Of a stretch of 33,913 nt of DNA, positions 10,053-18,939 are shown one piece after another (the first letter of the stretch is position 1; every line of letters starts with the position of its first letter). The notes under the pieces were generated by a model, which worked only from the letters and a program-made list of their open reading frames with translations, made no database searches and was not told the DNA's origin. The stretch comes from an uncultured Pseudomonadota bacterium (GTDB taxonomy: Bacteria; Babelota; Babeliae; Babelales; JACPOV01): assembly GCA_964620245.1 (NCBI GenBank), contig CAZUJC010000006.1:1-33913 (forward strand). The letters are read 5' to 3'. Both the position numbers and the translations under genes were made by a program.

Positions 10053-11537
10053 TTAGCGTACTTTCATTTCTTGTACATTTTTGTTGCGTTGATATATAAA
10101 CCAAAACCAAAAACTGAGTGACAAAATCACCAGCAGTGGTTCTGCCGGCATGCGCAAACGCGCATATCCAAATCCACCCGTCATCACTAATAATCCACCA
10201 ATCATCAAACTTAATTTTACCCATAAAGCGTTCATTATTCTAAACAAATCGGCCACGTGCATTTTTTTGGACCAGCTATAAAAAATAAAAAGCGCTGCAC
10301 CGCACAACAAACCAATCCAGAGTAAAACCATGTACAGCAGTTCCAAGAATGCAACCACACGCATCCACCATGAAAGTTGTTCTGCATAAAAACAATCGGC
10401 TATTTTTTGTGTAAGAAATTCTTCAATTGGATCCCATTTGTAACAATTTTTTGCAATTGCTACAAGCTGATAGCTATACAAATCAAACGTCGTTTTGAGA
10501 ACTTCTTTTGACCAGTCAGCTATAAAATAGAACGGATGCTTTGCCACTAAAGGCCAGGCAATGTGCATGCAAAATAATTCCTGGCACACAACATGAGGCG
10601 AACCGATAGCACGATTAATAATCTCTTGTTCTTCGGTAATAGTTTTTGCTTGCATAAACATATATTTTAAACAATTTTCTAATTTTTCATTACTAATTTT
10701 TCTCAAAATTTTTGGTGCAGAAAATGCCATTAAATAGGGTCCACTCATTGGGCAAAAAAACCAATTTCCCGTTAATTGGTAGTTGCGCACATACCATGGA
10801 CCAATTACTACAAAAAAGCACAGAGCAAAGAGTAGAATTTGTACTCCTTTGCGTGAAACTCTCGCTCTACTGATAGCAATAATAAATAAACTTAATAATG
10901 CAATAAATTCACCATTAGGGCGCAGCCACGTAAAAATACCCAGAAACAATGCTGCAGCAAAAGTATTTGCTACCCAATAGCGACGTTCAGTTGCCGGATC
11001 AAACCACCAATCAAGTGCGTAATAAAAACAAATTAAAAATCCTAGAAAAAAAAGGAGCGCAAGTGCTTCAGTAAGCAAAAAACCCGCTGCCAAAATAAAT
11101 CCAGGGTGAAACACAAAAATCCATGAGGCAACATAGGAAAGCGAAACTAATCCGGTTAGTAAAAGTGCAAGAAAAAAAACAAGAAGTGGCACACATGCAC
11201 TCAACACAATTTGCACCCAGAGTGCTGCTTTTTGCGCATGCTCGTTTGCGCTAAATTGTGGATTTTCGATACCAAAAAAACGATAGAAAAGAGAAAGATA
11301 GAATGGATAACCTGGAGTACGCCAAAAAATTGGTTTTTGTGTGTCAAAACGGTGCATACCAGTGCCATGTGCAATGCATGCGGCAGATAAATGATAATCC
11401 ATCGTATCTGCTTGACAGTATCTTTCTTGATATTGACCAAAAAAGTAAAACGTCGCAGAGCGCGCACACAATCCAACCAGAAAAATTAATGCTAAATGAC
11501 GATACGAACTATTTTGAATCCAACTCATGCTCACCAC
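10053..11537 (-). CDS. Polytopic GT-C fold glycosyltransferase (ArnT/PMT-like)
   Basis: N-terminal TM followed by loop D...Y, RTPGYP motif, LLTE, LRP, PWYVRNY, C-terminal ARLRMP; more than 10 TM segments. Confidence 0.7.
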   Translation of the reverse strand: MVSMSWIQNSSYRHLALIFLVGLCARSATFYFFGQYQERYCQADTMDYHLSAACIAHGTGMHRFDTQKPIFWRTPGYPFYLSLFYRFFGIENPQFSANEHAQKAALWVQIVLSACVPLLVFFLALLLTGLVSLSYVASWIFVFHPGFILAAGFLLTEALALLFFLGFLICFYYALDWWFDPATERRYWVANTFAAALFLGIFTWLRPNGEFIALLSLFIIAISRARVSRKGVQILLFALCFFVVIGPWYVRNYQLTGNWFFCPMSGPYLMAFSAPKILRKISNEKLENCLKYMFMQAKTITEEQEIINRAIGSPHVVCQELFCMHIAWPLVAKHPFYFIADWSKEVLKTTFDLYSYQLVAIAKNCYKWDPIEEFLTQKIADCFYAEQLSWWMRVVAFLELLYMVLLWIGLLCGAALFIFYSWSKKMHVADLFRIMNALWVKLSLMIGGLLVMTGGFGYARLRMPAEPLLVILSLSFWFWFIYQRNKNVQEMKVR

Positions 11538-11613
11538 TCGTTCCTTTTTTTAAAGTTACTTGAGCGTCAGCATAAAATAGGAATGATTATTTGTGAATGT
11601 ATAGAGTACGTGT

Positions 11614-11646
11614 AAAAAAAAAAGCCGCTCTCATTTGGGAGCGGCT
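11614..11646 (-). terminator. Rho-independent terminator after the 119-aa gene
   Basis: Hairpin AGCCGCTCTC-ATTT-GGGAGCGGCT (one mismatch on the minus-strand RNA) followed on the minus strand by a 10-nt T tract. Confidence 0.85.
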
Positions 11647-11670
11647 CGTGGAATTTGTCTAGAATTGTTG

Positions 11671-12030
11671 TTAACCAACGAACTCTTCAAAAACTTGTTC
11701 TTCTTTTTTTTGTGTATCTTCTTCTTTATTGAAATCTTCTAATTGCTGATTGAGTTGATCTTGCTGATTAAGCTCATCGTCAATTGAAGAATCAAATTTT
11801 TTGTCTTCAACCGGTTGCTGCAATTGTTGTTGGGCTAGTGCTTCTTGTTCTTGTTTTTTTCGCAACTCTTCTAACTCTTTTTTAATATCATCAGGAATAG
11901 CAATTGAAAATTCAGGCAAATCTTTTAAAACATCTGATGTCATTTCAGATTCATCAAACGTAACATCTTGCGCGAACACATTAATTCCTGAAAAAAGGGC
12001 AAACACCAGTGCAAATATCATGATATTCAT
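11671..12030 (-). CDS. Small secreted acidic, Gln/Glu-rich hypothetical protein
   Basis: Signal peptide ending VFA, very D/E/Q-rich low-complexity mature part, AGGAG RBS, own promoter and terminator. Confidence 0.8.
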   Translation of the reverse strand: MNIMIFALVFALFSGINVFAQDVTFDESEMTSDVLKDLPEFSIAIPDDIKKELEELRKKQEQEALAQQQLQQPVEDKKFDSSIDDELNQQDQLNQQLEDFNKEEDTQKKEEQVFEEFVG

Positions 12031-12073
12031 AAATTACTCCTAAATATTATTTCAAAGTTAAGCTTACTCTATA

Positions 12074-12102
12074 ATAATAGCCAATTTGTAAAAAAATGTC
12101 AA
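12074..12102 (-). promoter_or_regulatory. Near-consensus sigma70 promoter
   Basis: Minus strand TTGACA (12102-12097), 17-bp spacer, TATTAT (12079-12074). Confidence 0.8.
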
Positions 12103-12177
12103 TAAAATGCTCTGGGAGCCACTTGACGAAAAAATGCCTGATGACAATTGTGTAAAATTAGTCTAATTTAACAGAGT

Positions 12178-13185
12178 ATGAAAAAAACACACTTATTATC
12201 TTTCTATTCTTGGTTGATACGCTATCTGGAGATTCAGCTTTTTCTCAATCTCGCCTCACTTCCATTATTAATCGGATGGGGCTTACCATTTTCACTTATG
12301 ACACCGGTAAGTAATCTTATTTTTAATCCTTTTTTATTTGCTATTTTGTTTCTCTCATCACTCATTTTTTTTAGTGAAATTTTTTGTATACCAAATTCAT
12401 GGCTCATTTTTTTGTTTGAAAAAACAACGCTACTGTGCAGAAAAATTTTTTCTTGGAGTTCACCTTCATGGTTGATTGAATTACCAAACACACATCCATT
12501 GCTGCTGCTTCTTTTTCCCATGAGTGCACTCTTTATTTTGCATTCACCCTATTTTAATTCGCAACTCAAAAGAGTTATTGCTTTTTTAGGAGCGATGATC
12601 ACACTGATGACAATTCTTGTGTATATGCAACCACGCACTTCTTCAGTCAATTGCATCGAGCACAATAAAGGAGAGCTCGTTGTAATGCGTGCTCACCATC
12701 AAACAACAATTATCGATCCCGGTTGCATCGGCCAACGACTTTCAAGTGTCAATTGGGTTGAATATAATCTCATTTCCTATCTCATTGCACAGTATGGCAC
12801 AAGCACCATTGATCATTTTGTTATGTTACAACCAAATAAATTGTCGCTTGAATGCCTCGTCAAATTATGCCAGTTGGTTGATGTAAAAAAAATATCTTTG
12901 CCCTATTGGAGTGGTGAAACACCAAAGCCGTTTTTGCATCAATTTATGAAATTGCGCAGTGTATTAAAAGAGAATAATGCAACGCTGCTTCGACTCGGTA
13001 CGCATAAACAGCACCTACGCTTTGGTGACAGCGCATGTGTTACCATTTCTTCCGCTCCATCAAAAATTTCGTACAAAACTATTACCTATCCAGCCTTCCA
13101 TTTTGATGCAACAGTGCACGAAAAAAATATCAAGGGACACTCTCTCAAGAGCCCAGAAATTGACAACCCTGTACCAAGCAATTAA
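12178..13185 (+). CDS. ComEC/Rec2-related membrane protein (C-terminal part only, degenerate MBL-like domain)
   Basis: IQLFLNLASLPLL...FSLMTPVSNLIFNP resembles the end of the Competence domain. TTIIDPG and IDHFVMLQP occupy the positions of the MBL motifs. Confidence 0.55.
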   Translation: MKKTHLLSFYSWLIRYLEIQLFLNLASLPLLIGWGLPFSLMTPVSNLIFNPFLFAILFLSSLIFFSEIFCIPNSWLIFLFEKTTLLCRKIFSWSSPSWLIELPNTHPLLLLLFPMSALFILHSPYFNSQLKRVIAFLGAMITLMTILVYMQPRTSSVNCIEHNKGELVVMRAHHQTTIIDPGCIGQRLSSVNWVEYNLISYLIAQYGTSTIDHFVMLQPNKLSLECLVKLCQLVDVKKISLPYWSGETPKPFLHQFMKLRSVLKENNATLLRLGTHKQHLRFGDSACVTISSAPSKISYKTITYPAFHFDATVHEKNIKGHSLKSPEIDNPVPSN

Positions 13186-13220
13186 GATCCAGATTATCCA
13201 ATCGAAAAAGGAGCACTCCA

Positions 13221-13769
13221 ATGAACGTAGTACATGGCAAAAAAGTAGTTTTAATTGTTGCAAGTGAAGGTTACCAACCACTTGAATACGAAATCACCAA
13301 AAATGAACTTGAAGCAAACGATGTTGAAGTTCTCACAGCAAGTGATCGTGCAGGCGGTGCGGTTGCAACCGATGGTTCAACAACTCCTGTTGATTTTACT
13401 ATTGATCAACTGAATGTAGGGAGCTACCATGGAATTTTTTTCATTGGTGGTTCCGGAGCACTTGATTGCCTTGATCATTCAACGAGTTATCATTTAATTG
13501 CACAAGCAAAAGATCGCAAGGTTCCGTATGGAGCCATTTGCATTGCCACACGTATTTTGGCGAAAGCTGGCGGCCTCACTGGAAAAAAGGCTACCGGATG
13601 GGATGGAGATCATGCGTTAGAAGTCATCTACAAATTAAATGGTGTGACCTATGAAGAAGGCAAAGAGATGGTAGTTGATGGATTAGTAGTCACCGCAGCT
13701 GGACCCAAAAGTGCCAAAGAATTCTCGCAAGGAATCATTCGCGTTCTTACCATAAAGGCACTCGCATAA
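13221..13769 (+). CDS. DJ-1/PfpI family protein
   Basis: EGYQPLE, FFIGGSGA, nucleophile elbow GAICIA, VVDGLVVTAAGP; GGAG RBS. Confidence 0.93.
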   Translation: MNVVHGKKVVLIVASEGYQPLEYEITKNELEANDVEVLTASDRAGGAVATDGSTTPVDFTIDQLNVGSYHGIFFIGGSGALDCLDHSTSYHLIAQAKDRKVPYGAICIATRILAKAGGLTGKKATGWDGDHALEVIYKLNGVTYEEGKEMVVDGLVVTAAGPKSAKEFSQGIIRVLTIKALA

Positions 13770-13773
13770 ACTT

Positions 13774-14397
13774 TCACCCAATTAAAATTGCACGTGCTGG
13801 AGCAGCATCGATGCCGGGAATTAAGAGCGGTAAACACACCAATTGATAGGCACCTTGCGCAACAAGTGCTAACCGCAATCCTTCAACAATGGTAATACCT
13901 GCATTGAAAAAAAATGTATGTGTTTCGTGTTGGGGTTGATTGCGTTCAATTCCTAAATAATCGATACCAATAGTGCGTATTTTTTTCTCAGCACAATAGA
14001 CGGCCGTTTCTTTACTCACATACACAAATTGCGCATCAAACAATGCATCGTTTGCTAAAAAACTATTGCGTGTTTTTAATAAAATGCGCTCACCTGCACA
14101 CAATGCATGTTTTTCAAGATGCTCAGGAACAATCATTTTTTCAACTTCAGTCAAATCAATGACGCGACAGCTGCCAACAACCGAATCTAAATCAACGTGT
14201 TCAATCGATGCACCATTTTCAAGAAAATGACTCTGCGCATCAATGTGCGTGCCAGTATGCGAATGAAAACTAATTACCGATTCACGCACCAAATCAGACT
14301 CAAAATTTTTAACAGCGCTTATACGCACCGATTTACGATTTTTGTATTCAGTCATCGATACACTGAGTGGCCAACTGATATCAATTATTTTCATCAC
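13774..14397 (-). CDS. Cyclase family metal-dependent hydrolase (kynurenine formamidase KynB-like)
   Basis: IIDIS, HSHTGTHIDA..H, IGIDYLGI, IVEGL, DAAPARAIL. Confidence 0.92.
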   Translation of the reverse strand: MMKIIDISWPLSVSMTEYKNRKSVRISAVKNFESDLVRESVISFHSHTGTHIDAQSHFLENGASIEHVDLDSVVGSCRVIDLTEVEKMIVPEHLEKHALCAGERILLKTRNSFLANDALFDAQFVYVSKETAVYCAEKKIRTIGIDYLGIERNQPQHETHTFFFNAGITIVEGLRLALVAQGAYQLVCLPLLIPGIDAAPARAILIG

Positions 14398-14405
14398 TTC
14401 CCCTT

Positions 14406-15830
14406 TTAAAACGATTGAACAATTTCTCGTTCACTAAAATAGGTTTTTGTCCCATTTACCAACTCATATTCATCAGGTCCCTTACCCAAAAGCGCAATAA
14501 TTGCACCTTTTGTTGAAAATGAATAGGCACGGCGAATTGCTATTTCGCGATCGGTAATCACACATACTTTGTGTTTATTTTTTTCATCAATGCCAATCAA
14601 AATATCGTCAATAATTGAACACAACGACTCCGATCGCGGGTTATCTGAAGTAATAACAACAAAATCTGCGTACTCTGATGCAATCGATCCCATTGTAGGG
14701 CGTTTTGTTTTGTCGCGATCACCACCTGCTCCAAATACCACAATGAGTTGATCAGTTAGCGAACGCAGTGTTGATAACACTGCTTGAAACGAGGACGGAT
14801 TGTGTGCTTTATCAATCACACAACGTGCTTGATTTGGTAATTGATACAATTCTAATCGACCAGGAACCCCTGCAAATGTACCACTCGCATTTTTAATAGT
14901 TTGCAAATCAACGCCAACTGCATGCGCAAATGACATTGCTGCAATTGCATTGTATGCATTAAATGCGCCAATTAACGTAGGAAATTGTATACACTCGGTA
15001 TTGTTAATAACAACATTAATGCCGTTCCAATCACATGAATTCAGCGTTGCGTGCAAAAATGAATTTTGGTTATTCAGCGCAAAAATCTGCGCTTGCGGAT
15101 AGCGAGAATAAATTTTCTCAAAGTGTTTATCGTCTGCATTAATAAAAATGGGGCAACTTTTTTTTGTCTGCGCAAGCAAATCACATTTTGCATCAAAATA
15201 CGATTCTATTGTTGAATAAAATTCTGCATGTTCTGATGAAAAATTGGTAAAAATAAAACCATCAAATTCAATACCAAAAACACGATCAAGAGAAAGTGCT
15301 TGTGCTGCAACTTCCATCACTACAAATTCAATATTTTTTTTAACGCATGCATCAAAAAACAAGTGCAAATAATCAGGATGTTGCGTCGTTAATTCTGTAG
15401 GCAACGGAACGTCGTCAATTTGATTGTGCACAGAACTGAGCAGCGCAACTTTTTTTCCTGCTGCACGTAAATAATGTGCAAGCAAAAAACAGGTAGTAGT
15501 TTTTCCTTTTGTGCCAGTGACACCAATAATTTTCAGTTTTCGGGCAGGATACCCAACTGCATGCGCGCTTAATTGTGCCAATGCGCGGCGCGTATTTTCA
15601 ACCTTGAGCAGCAACACTTTTTTTTCTTGTATTTTTTTTTGTGCGCTCTCTAAAAGTTCTGCATTTTGATCTATAACAATAATTGCAGCGCCACGATCAA
15701 CTGCTGTGCCAACATAGTTAATGCCATCTTCTTTTTTTCCTTGAACTGCAACAAAAATGGAGTTAATTGCAACATGATCAGTGTGGCAACATACCGGATA
15801 ACCAGCGGGAATTAATTCCTCCATAAACAC
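14406..15830 (-). CDS. murE: UDP-MurNAc-L-Ala-D-Glu--diamino acid ligase
   Basis: GVTGTKGKTTT, VMEV, FTNFSSEH, VPGRLE, D.AHNP, FGAGGDRD..KRP.MG, DNPR (meso-DAP signature), GKG. Confidence 0.95.
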   Translation of the reverse strand: MFMEELIPAGYPVCCHTDHVAINSIFVAVQGKKEDGINYVGTAVDRGAAIIVIDQNAELLESAQKKIQEKKVLLLKVENTRRALAQLSAHAVGYPARKLKIIGVTGTKGKTTTCFLLAHYLRAAGKKVALLSSVHNQIDDVPLPTELTTQHPDYLHLFFDACVKKNIEFVVMEVAAQALSLDRVFGIEFDGFIFTNFSSEHAEFYSTIESYFDAKCDLLAQTKKSCPIFINADDKHFEKIYSRYPQAQIFALNNQNSFLHATLNSCDWNGINVVINNTECIQFPTLIGAFNAYNAIAAMSFAHAVGVDLQTIKNASGTFAGVPGRLELYQLPNQARCVIDKAHNPSSFQAVLSTLRSLTDQLIVVFGAGGDRDKTKRPTMGSIASEYADFVVITSDNPRSESLCSIIDDILIGIDEKNKHKVCVITDREIAIRRAYSFSTKGAIIALLGKGPDEYELVNGTKTYFSEREIVQSF

Positions 15831-15842
15831 CTTTCACAATTT

Positions 15843-17153
15843 TTAATCAACCGATTTTGCAATAAGAGGGAGCAGCCACAGTATACCACACAGATTCAAA
15901 ATAAGGAGGCCAGCATTTGCTATGTCAACCAAATGCCATACAACTTCAACAGCACCCAGTGCGCCAGCAAATGCCATGCAACAATAAATGAGTTGGAATA
16001 CAAATTCAAATCGCCCTCCTGTTAAAAAAAGCCAGCATGCATTGGCAACATATGAATACGAAACTAAAACACCAAGCCCAAAAATAAGTGATAAAAAAGT
16101 AACAATCCATCCACCAAAAGAACCAAATACGGTTTCATACGCAGCAATCGTGAGCGCCAAGCTGGTCTGGCCTGTTGAAATAACACCAGTTGCAACAATC
16201 ATGAGAACCACTAAAAAACAAACTAAGTTAGCCGAAATAAAAACACTCAACATAGAAATCAGTGCGCTTTTTTTTGCTTCGTGGCTATTGGTCCCACCAA
16301 AAAATACGGCAGCTGAACCCAGGCCCGCTTCAGATGCATTGATTGACCGCGAAAAACCGTAGCGCATTGCTTGCTGCACACTGTACCATGCACACCCACC
16401 CGCAAAAGAGCGAGCGCAAAATGCACTTTTAAAAATCGTGTACAGTGCCGGAATAATAGCTTTATAATGATACCCAAGCACAATAAATGCTGATCCAAAA
16501 AAAATAACCACTTTCAGCGGTACGATCGCATCTGATATTTTAACAATGCGGTGCGCACCGCCAGAAACAACGTATGCAGTAAAAAGAAAAAGAAATACCG
16601 CAACAACCACAGCCGAAACACCAAATAAATGCATGCACCCAATGCACATTGAATTTGATTGCATTCCTGCACTTGCTGCGAAGCCCAAAAACAACAAAAA
16701 AAATGCATAGAGCGTTGCCCACACTTTACCAGCTGGCAACTGTTGCAAATAAATCATCGGTCCACCAAGCCGCATTGTTGCAGTTTTATCTGATGGAAAA
16801 TAGGTGCCCAAATAAACTTCCGCAAACCGGAGTGCCATGCTCAATAATCCAAGCACAAAAACCCACACAGCAACTCCTGGTCCACCTGCATAGACTGCGG
16901 TCGCCATTCCTGCCAAGCTGCCATTACCTAAACTGACACTCAACGCATTAAGTAACGCCTGAAATGGGCTCATATCACCTTTAGTTTTCATCATCTCAGG
17001 TTTTAGAGCCAGTTTTAATGTTTTTACAAATGAACGAAATTGGACAAAATGAAACCGAACGGTACTTATAACAGAAACACCCAAAACAAATAAAATAAGT
17101 GGCCATCCCCATACCTTATTTGCCACTATGGTAATTAACTCACCGATATTCAT
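15843..17153 (-). CDS. alsT: Alanine/glycine:cation symporter (AGCS, AlsT family)
   Basis: SPFQAL, G.G.LAGMATA...GGPG, GGPMIY, ASEAGLGSA, D..NA; about 11 TM segments; AAGGAG RBS. Confidence 0.9.
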   Translation of the reverse strand: MNIGELITIVANKVWGWPLILFVLGVSVISTVRFHFVQFRSFVKTLKLALKPEMMKTKGDMSPFQALLNALSVSLGNGSLAGMATAVYAGGPGVAVWVFVLGLLSMALRFAEVYLGTYFPSDKTATMRLGGPMIYLQQLPAGKVWATLYAFFLLFLGFAASAGMQSNSMCIGCMHLFGVSAVVVAVFLFLFTAYVVSGGAHRIVKISDAIVPLKVVIFFGSAFIVLGYHYKAIIPALYTIFKSAFCARSFAGGCAWYSVQQAMRYGFSRSINASEAGLGSAAVFFGGTNSHEAKKSALISMLSVFISANLVCFLVVLMIVATGVISTGQTSLALTIAAYETVFGSFGGWIVTFLSLIFGLGVLVSYSYVANACWLFLTGGRFEFVFQLIYCCMAFAGALGAVEVVWHLVDIANAGLLILNLCGILWLLPLIAKSVD

Positions 17154-17216
17154 CTTTTTCTCTCCTTGTAGTTCATCATCAGACGGTGTACCCTATCAAA
17201 AAAAAGGAGTCTATAC

Positions 17217-17258
17217 ATGAACTACATTTTTAGCTACAAAGAATACAATTACTCATGA
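17217..17258 (+). other. Candidate 13-codon upstream ORF (MNYIFSYKEYNYS) coupled to ruvX
   Basis: AAGGAG at 17204-17209, ATG at 17217, TGA at 17256-17258 overlapping the ruvX ATG (ATGA). Confidence 0.4.
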
Positions 17259-17680
17259 AACTACTCGCTCTCGATCTTGGTGATCAATGGACTGGAATGG
17301 CGTTATCCGACACACTTTTTTTTACCGCGCGACCGTACAAAACAGTCGCAACAAGCGCCCTGCAATCGGCACTGCAAGAAATCATAGCCGCTGAAAAGAT
17401 TAAAACTATTATTATTGGTTTGCCCATTACTCTGCGCAATACCGAAAGTGCACAAACCAATAAAGTTCAGCTCATGAAAAAAAATCTTGAGCAACAATTT
17501 CCTACCATTTCGTGGGTATTGTGGGACGAGCGATTAACGAGCAAAAAAGCAACCTCACTTAAAAAAACACGAACTAAAGAAGAAAAATTGCACAGTCATG
17601 CAATCGCGGCAGCCTTTATTTTGCAATCGTATCTTGATTATTTGCATTATCAAAAAAATATTACAAAAGAGAGTACGTAA
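17255..17680 (+). CDS. ruvX: YqgF/RuvX family nuclease (pre-16S rRNA maturation)
   Basis: LLALDLG..WTGMALSD, IIIGLP, WDERLTS, AAAFILQSYLD. Confidence 0.93.
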   Translation: MKLLALDLGDQWTGMALSDTLFFTARPYKTVATSALQSALQEIIAAEKIKTIIIGLPITLRNTESAQTNKVQLMKKNLEQQFPTISWVLWDERLTSKKATSLKKTRTKEEKLHSHAIAAAFILQSYLDYLHYQKNITKEST

Positions 17681-17763
17681 AATAGTCAAATTTTCTTACT
17701 CATGTGCTATACTTAAAAAAAAGGAAGAGTCTGAGTACTACGAAAAAAGAGGGAGGTAGTATT

Positions 17764-17946
17764 ATGAGGTGCAAAAAATGTGCAGGTCTCATGGTTTTGC
17801 AATCTTTTTTTGATCATTTTTTAAATTTTGAAGGGTGGAAGTGTTTAAACTGCGGCAAGGTAATAGCAAAAAAAGAAAAAACAATTGAATATGACGCATT
17901 TAGCATTTTTCATCAACAACAGAAGTGTAAAAACAGAAACAAATAA
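17764..17946 (+). CDS. Small zinc-ribbon protein (60 aa)
   Basis: MRCKKCAGLM...GWKCLNCG with two CxxC pairs. Strong GAGGGAGGT RBS; extended -10 TGcTATACT at 17705-17713. Confidence 0.8.
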   Translation: MRCKKCAGLMVLQSFFDHFLNFEGWKCLNCGKVIAKKEKTIEYDAFSIFHQQQKCKNRNK

Positions 17947-18626
17947 TGAATACGCTTTTTTTAATTGTGCAAGCAACGTACACCCACGTTGAAATTGGTC
18001 TTTTTAATGGATCAAAAATTCTTGCGCAACAGAGGCTTGAAAAATCAAGTGCAACCCAATTACTCATTAAAACGATTGATCAATTATTATTGATCAACAA
18101 CTGCTTGTTAAATGATCTTTCGTTTATTGCGGTCAACCGAGGACCAGCACCATTTACTACACTGCGCGTCGTCCTTGCTACCATGAACGGAATTTCATTT
18201 GCATCAGGAATTAAACTCATTGGTATTGATGGATTGCGTACATTCGTCCTTGAGAATGCTGATACACAGTGGCCCTACACCGCTTATCTGCTCAATGCGT
18301 TTAATAATGATGTGTATTATGCACTAGAGAACCCCAACTGCCCACTCGAATTTGGCTGTGTTAACATTGATCAATTAATTGCGACCCTTGCCTCTTTTAA
18401 AAACGTTCAATGGCGTTTTTTGGGCAATGGCGCTTCACTTTTTAACGAAAAAATAAGAGCACGGTTTACCAATTTTCATTTCCCGCTACCAATGGTTGAT
18501 TATTGCTCTCTTCAATTTCTTGCACAACAAGCAATTGAACACTTCCAACATAATCAGTTTTGCGGTCATCAGGTTTTACCACTCTATTTAAAAGAAACTT
18601 CTTACAAAAAAACGGTTCAACAGTAG
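17946..18626 (+). CDS. tsaB: tRNA t6A biosynthesis protein TsaB (YeaZ)
   Basis: LL..IDQLL.....LNDLSFIAVNRGP..FT.LRV..A..NGI, LNAFNNDVY, FLGNGA, C-terminal PLYL. Confidence 0.88.
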   Translation: MNTLFLIVQATYTHVEIGLFNGSKILAQQRLEKSSATQLLIKTIDQLLLINNCLLNDLSFIAVNRGPAPFTTLRVVLATMNGISFASGIKLIGIDGLRTFVLENADTQWPYTAYLLNAFNNDVYYALENPNCPLEFGCVNIDQLIATLASFKNVQWRFLGNGASLFNEKIRARFTNFHFPLPMVDYCSLQFLAQQAIEHFQHNQFCGHQVLPLYLKETSYKKTVQQ

Positions 18627-18709
18627 GCAACTTCTTGATTTTCTACAAATAAGCCCATTATGTTATTTGATGATGTCTAGTAACATTTTTTAAAAATGGG
18701 AACAGAGCT

Positions 18710-18913
18710 ATGTTTAATGAATTGATGACACGTTTAACCGATTATTTTTCTTCGCACGTTATTTTGGCTAATGCGATACACTTTGCAGGTGGATTTGGTC
18801 TCGCAATTATCTTGCAACATTATCTTAAAGGAAAAGAATTTTTACCAGTGCAGGTTGGTTGGATCTTAGTTGCAATTTCAGTAGCAGTGCACCTTATGGC
18901 ATTAATGAGCTAA
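18710..18913 (+). CDS. Small two-TM membrane protein, paralog A
   Basis: 67 aa, two hydrophobic segments, clear homology to the next gene. Confidence 0.75.
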   Translation: MFNELMTRLTDYFSSHVILANAIHFAGGFGLAIILQHYLKGKEFLPVQVGWILVAISVAVHLMALMS

Positions 18914-18939
18914 CATCAAAAAAAAATAACTGTATTGCT

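Noticed and set aside
10051-10224. N-terminal extension of the HIT protein
   Set aside because: It overlaps the upstream GT-C gene; the family-typical start MNRLYAPWR is at 10050.
17154-17254. Glycine riboswitch upstream of alsT
   Set aside because: The spacer is short and lacks the recognisable GGAGA...CCGAAG...CUCUCAGG aptamer core.
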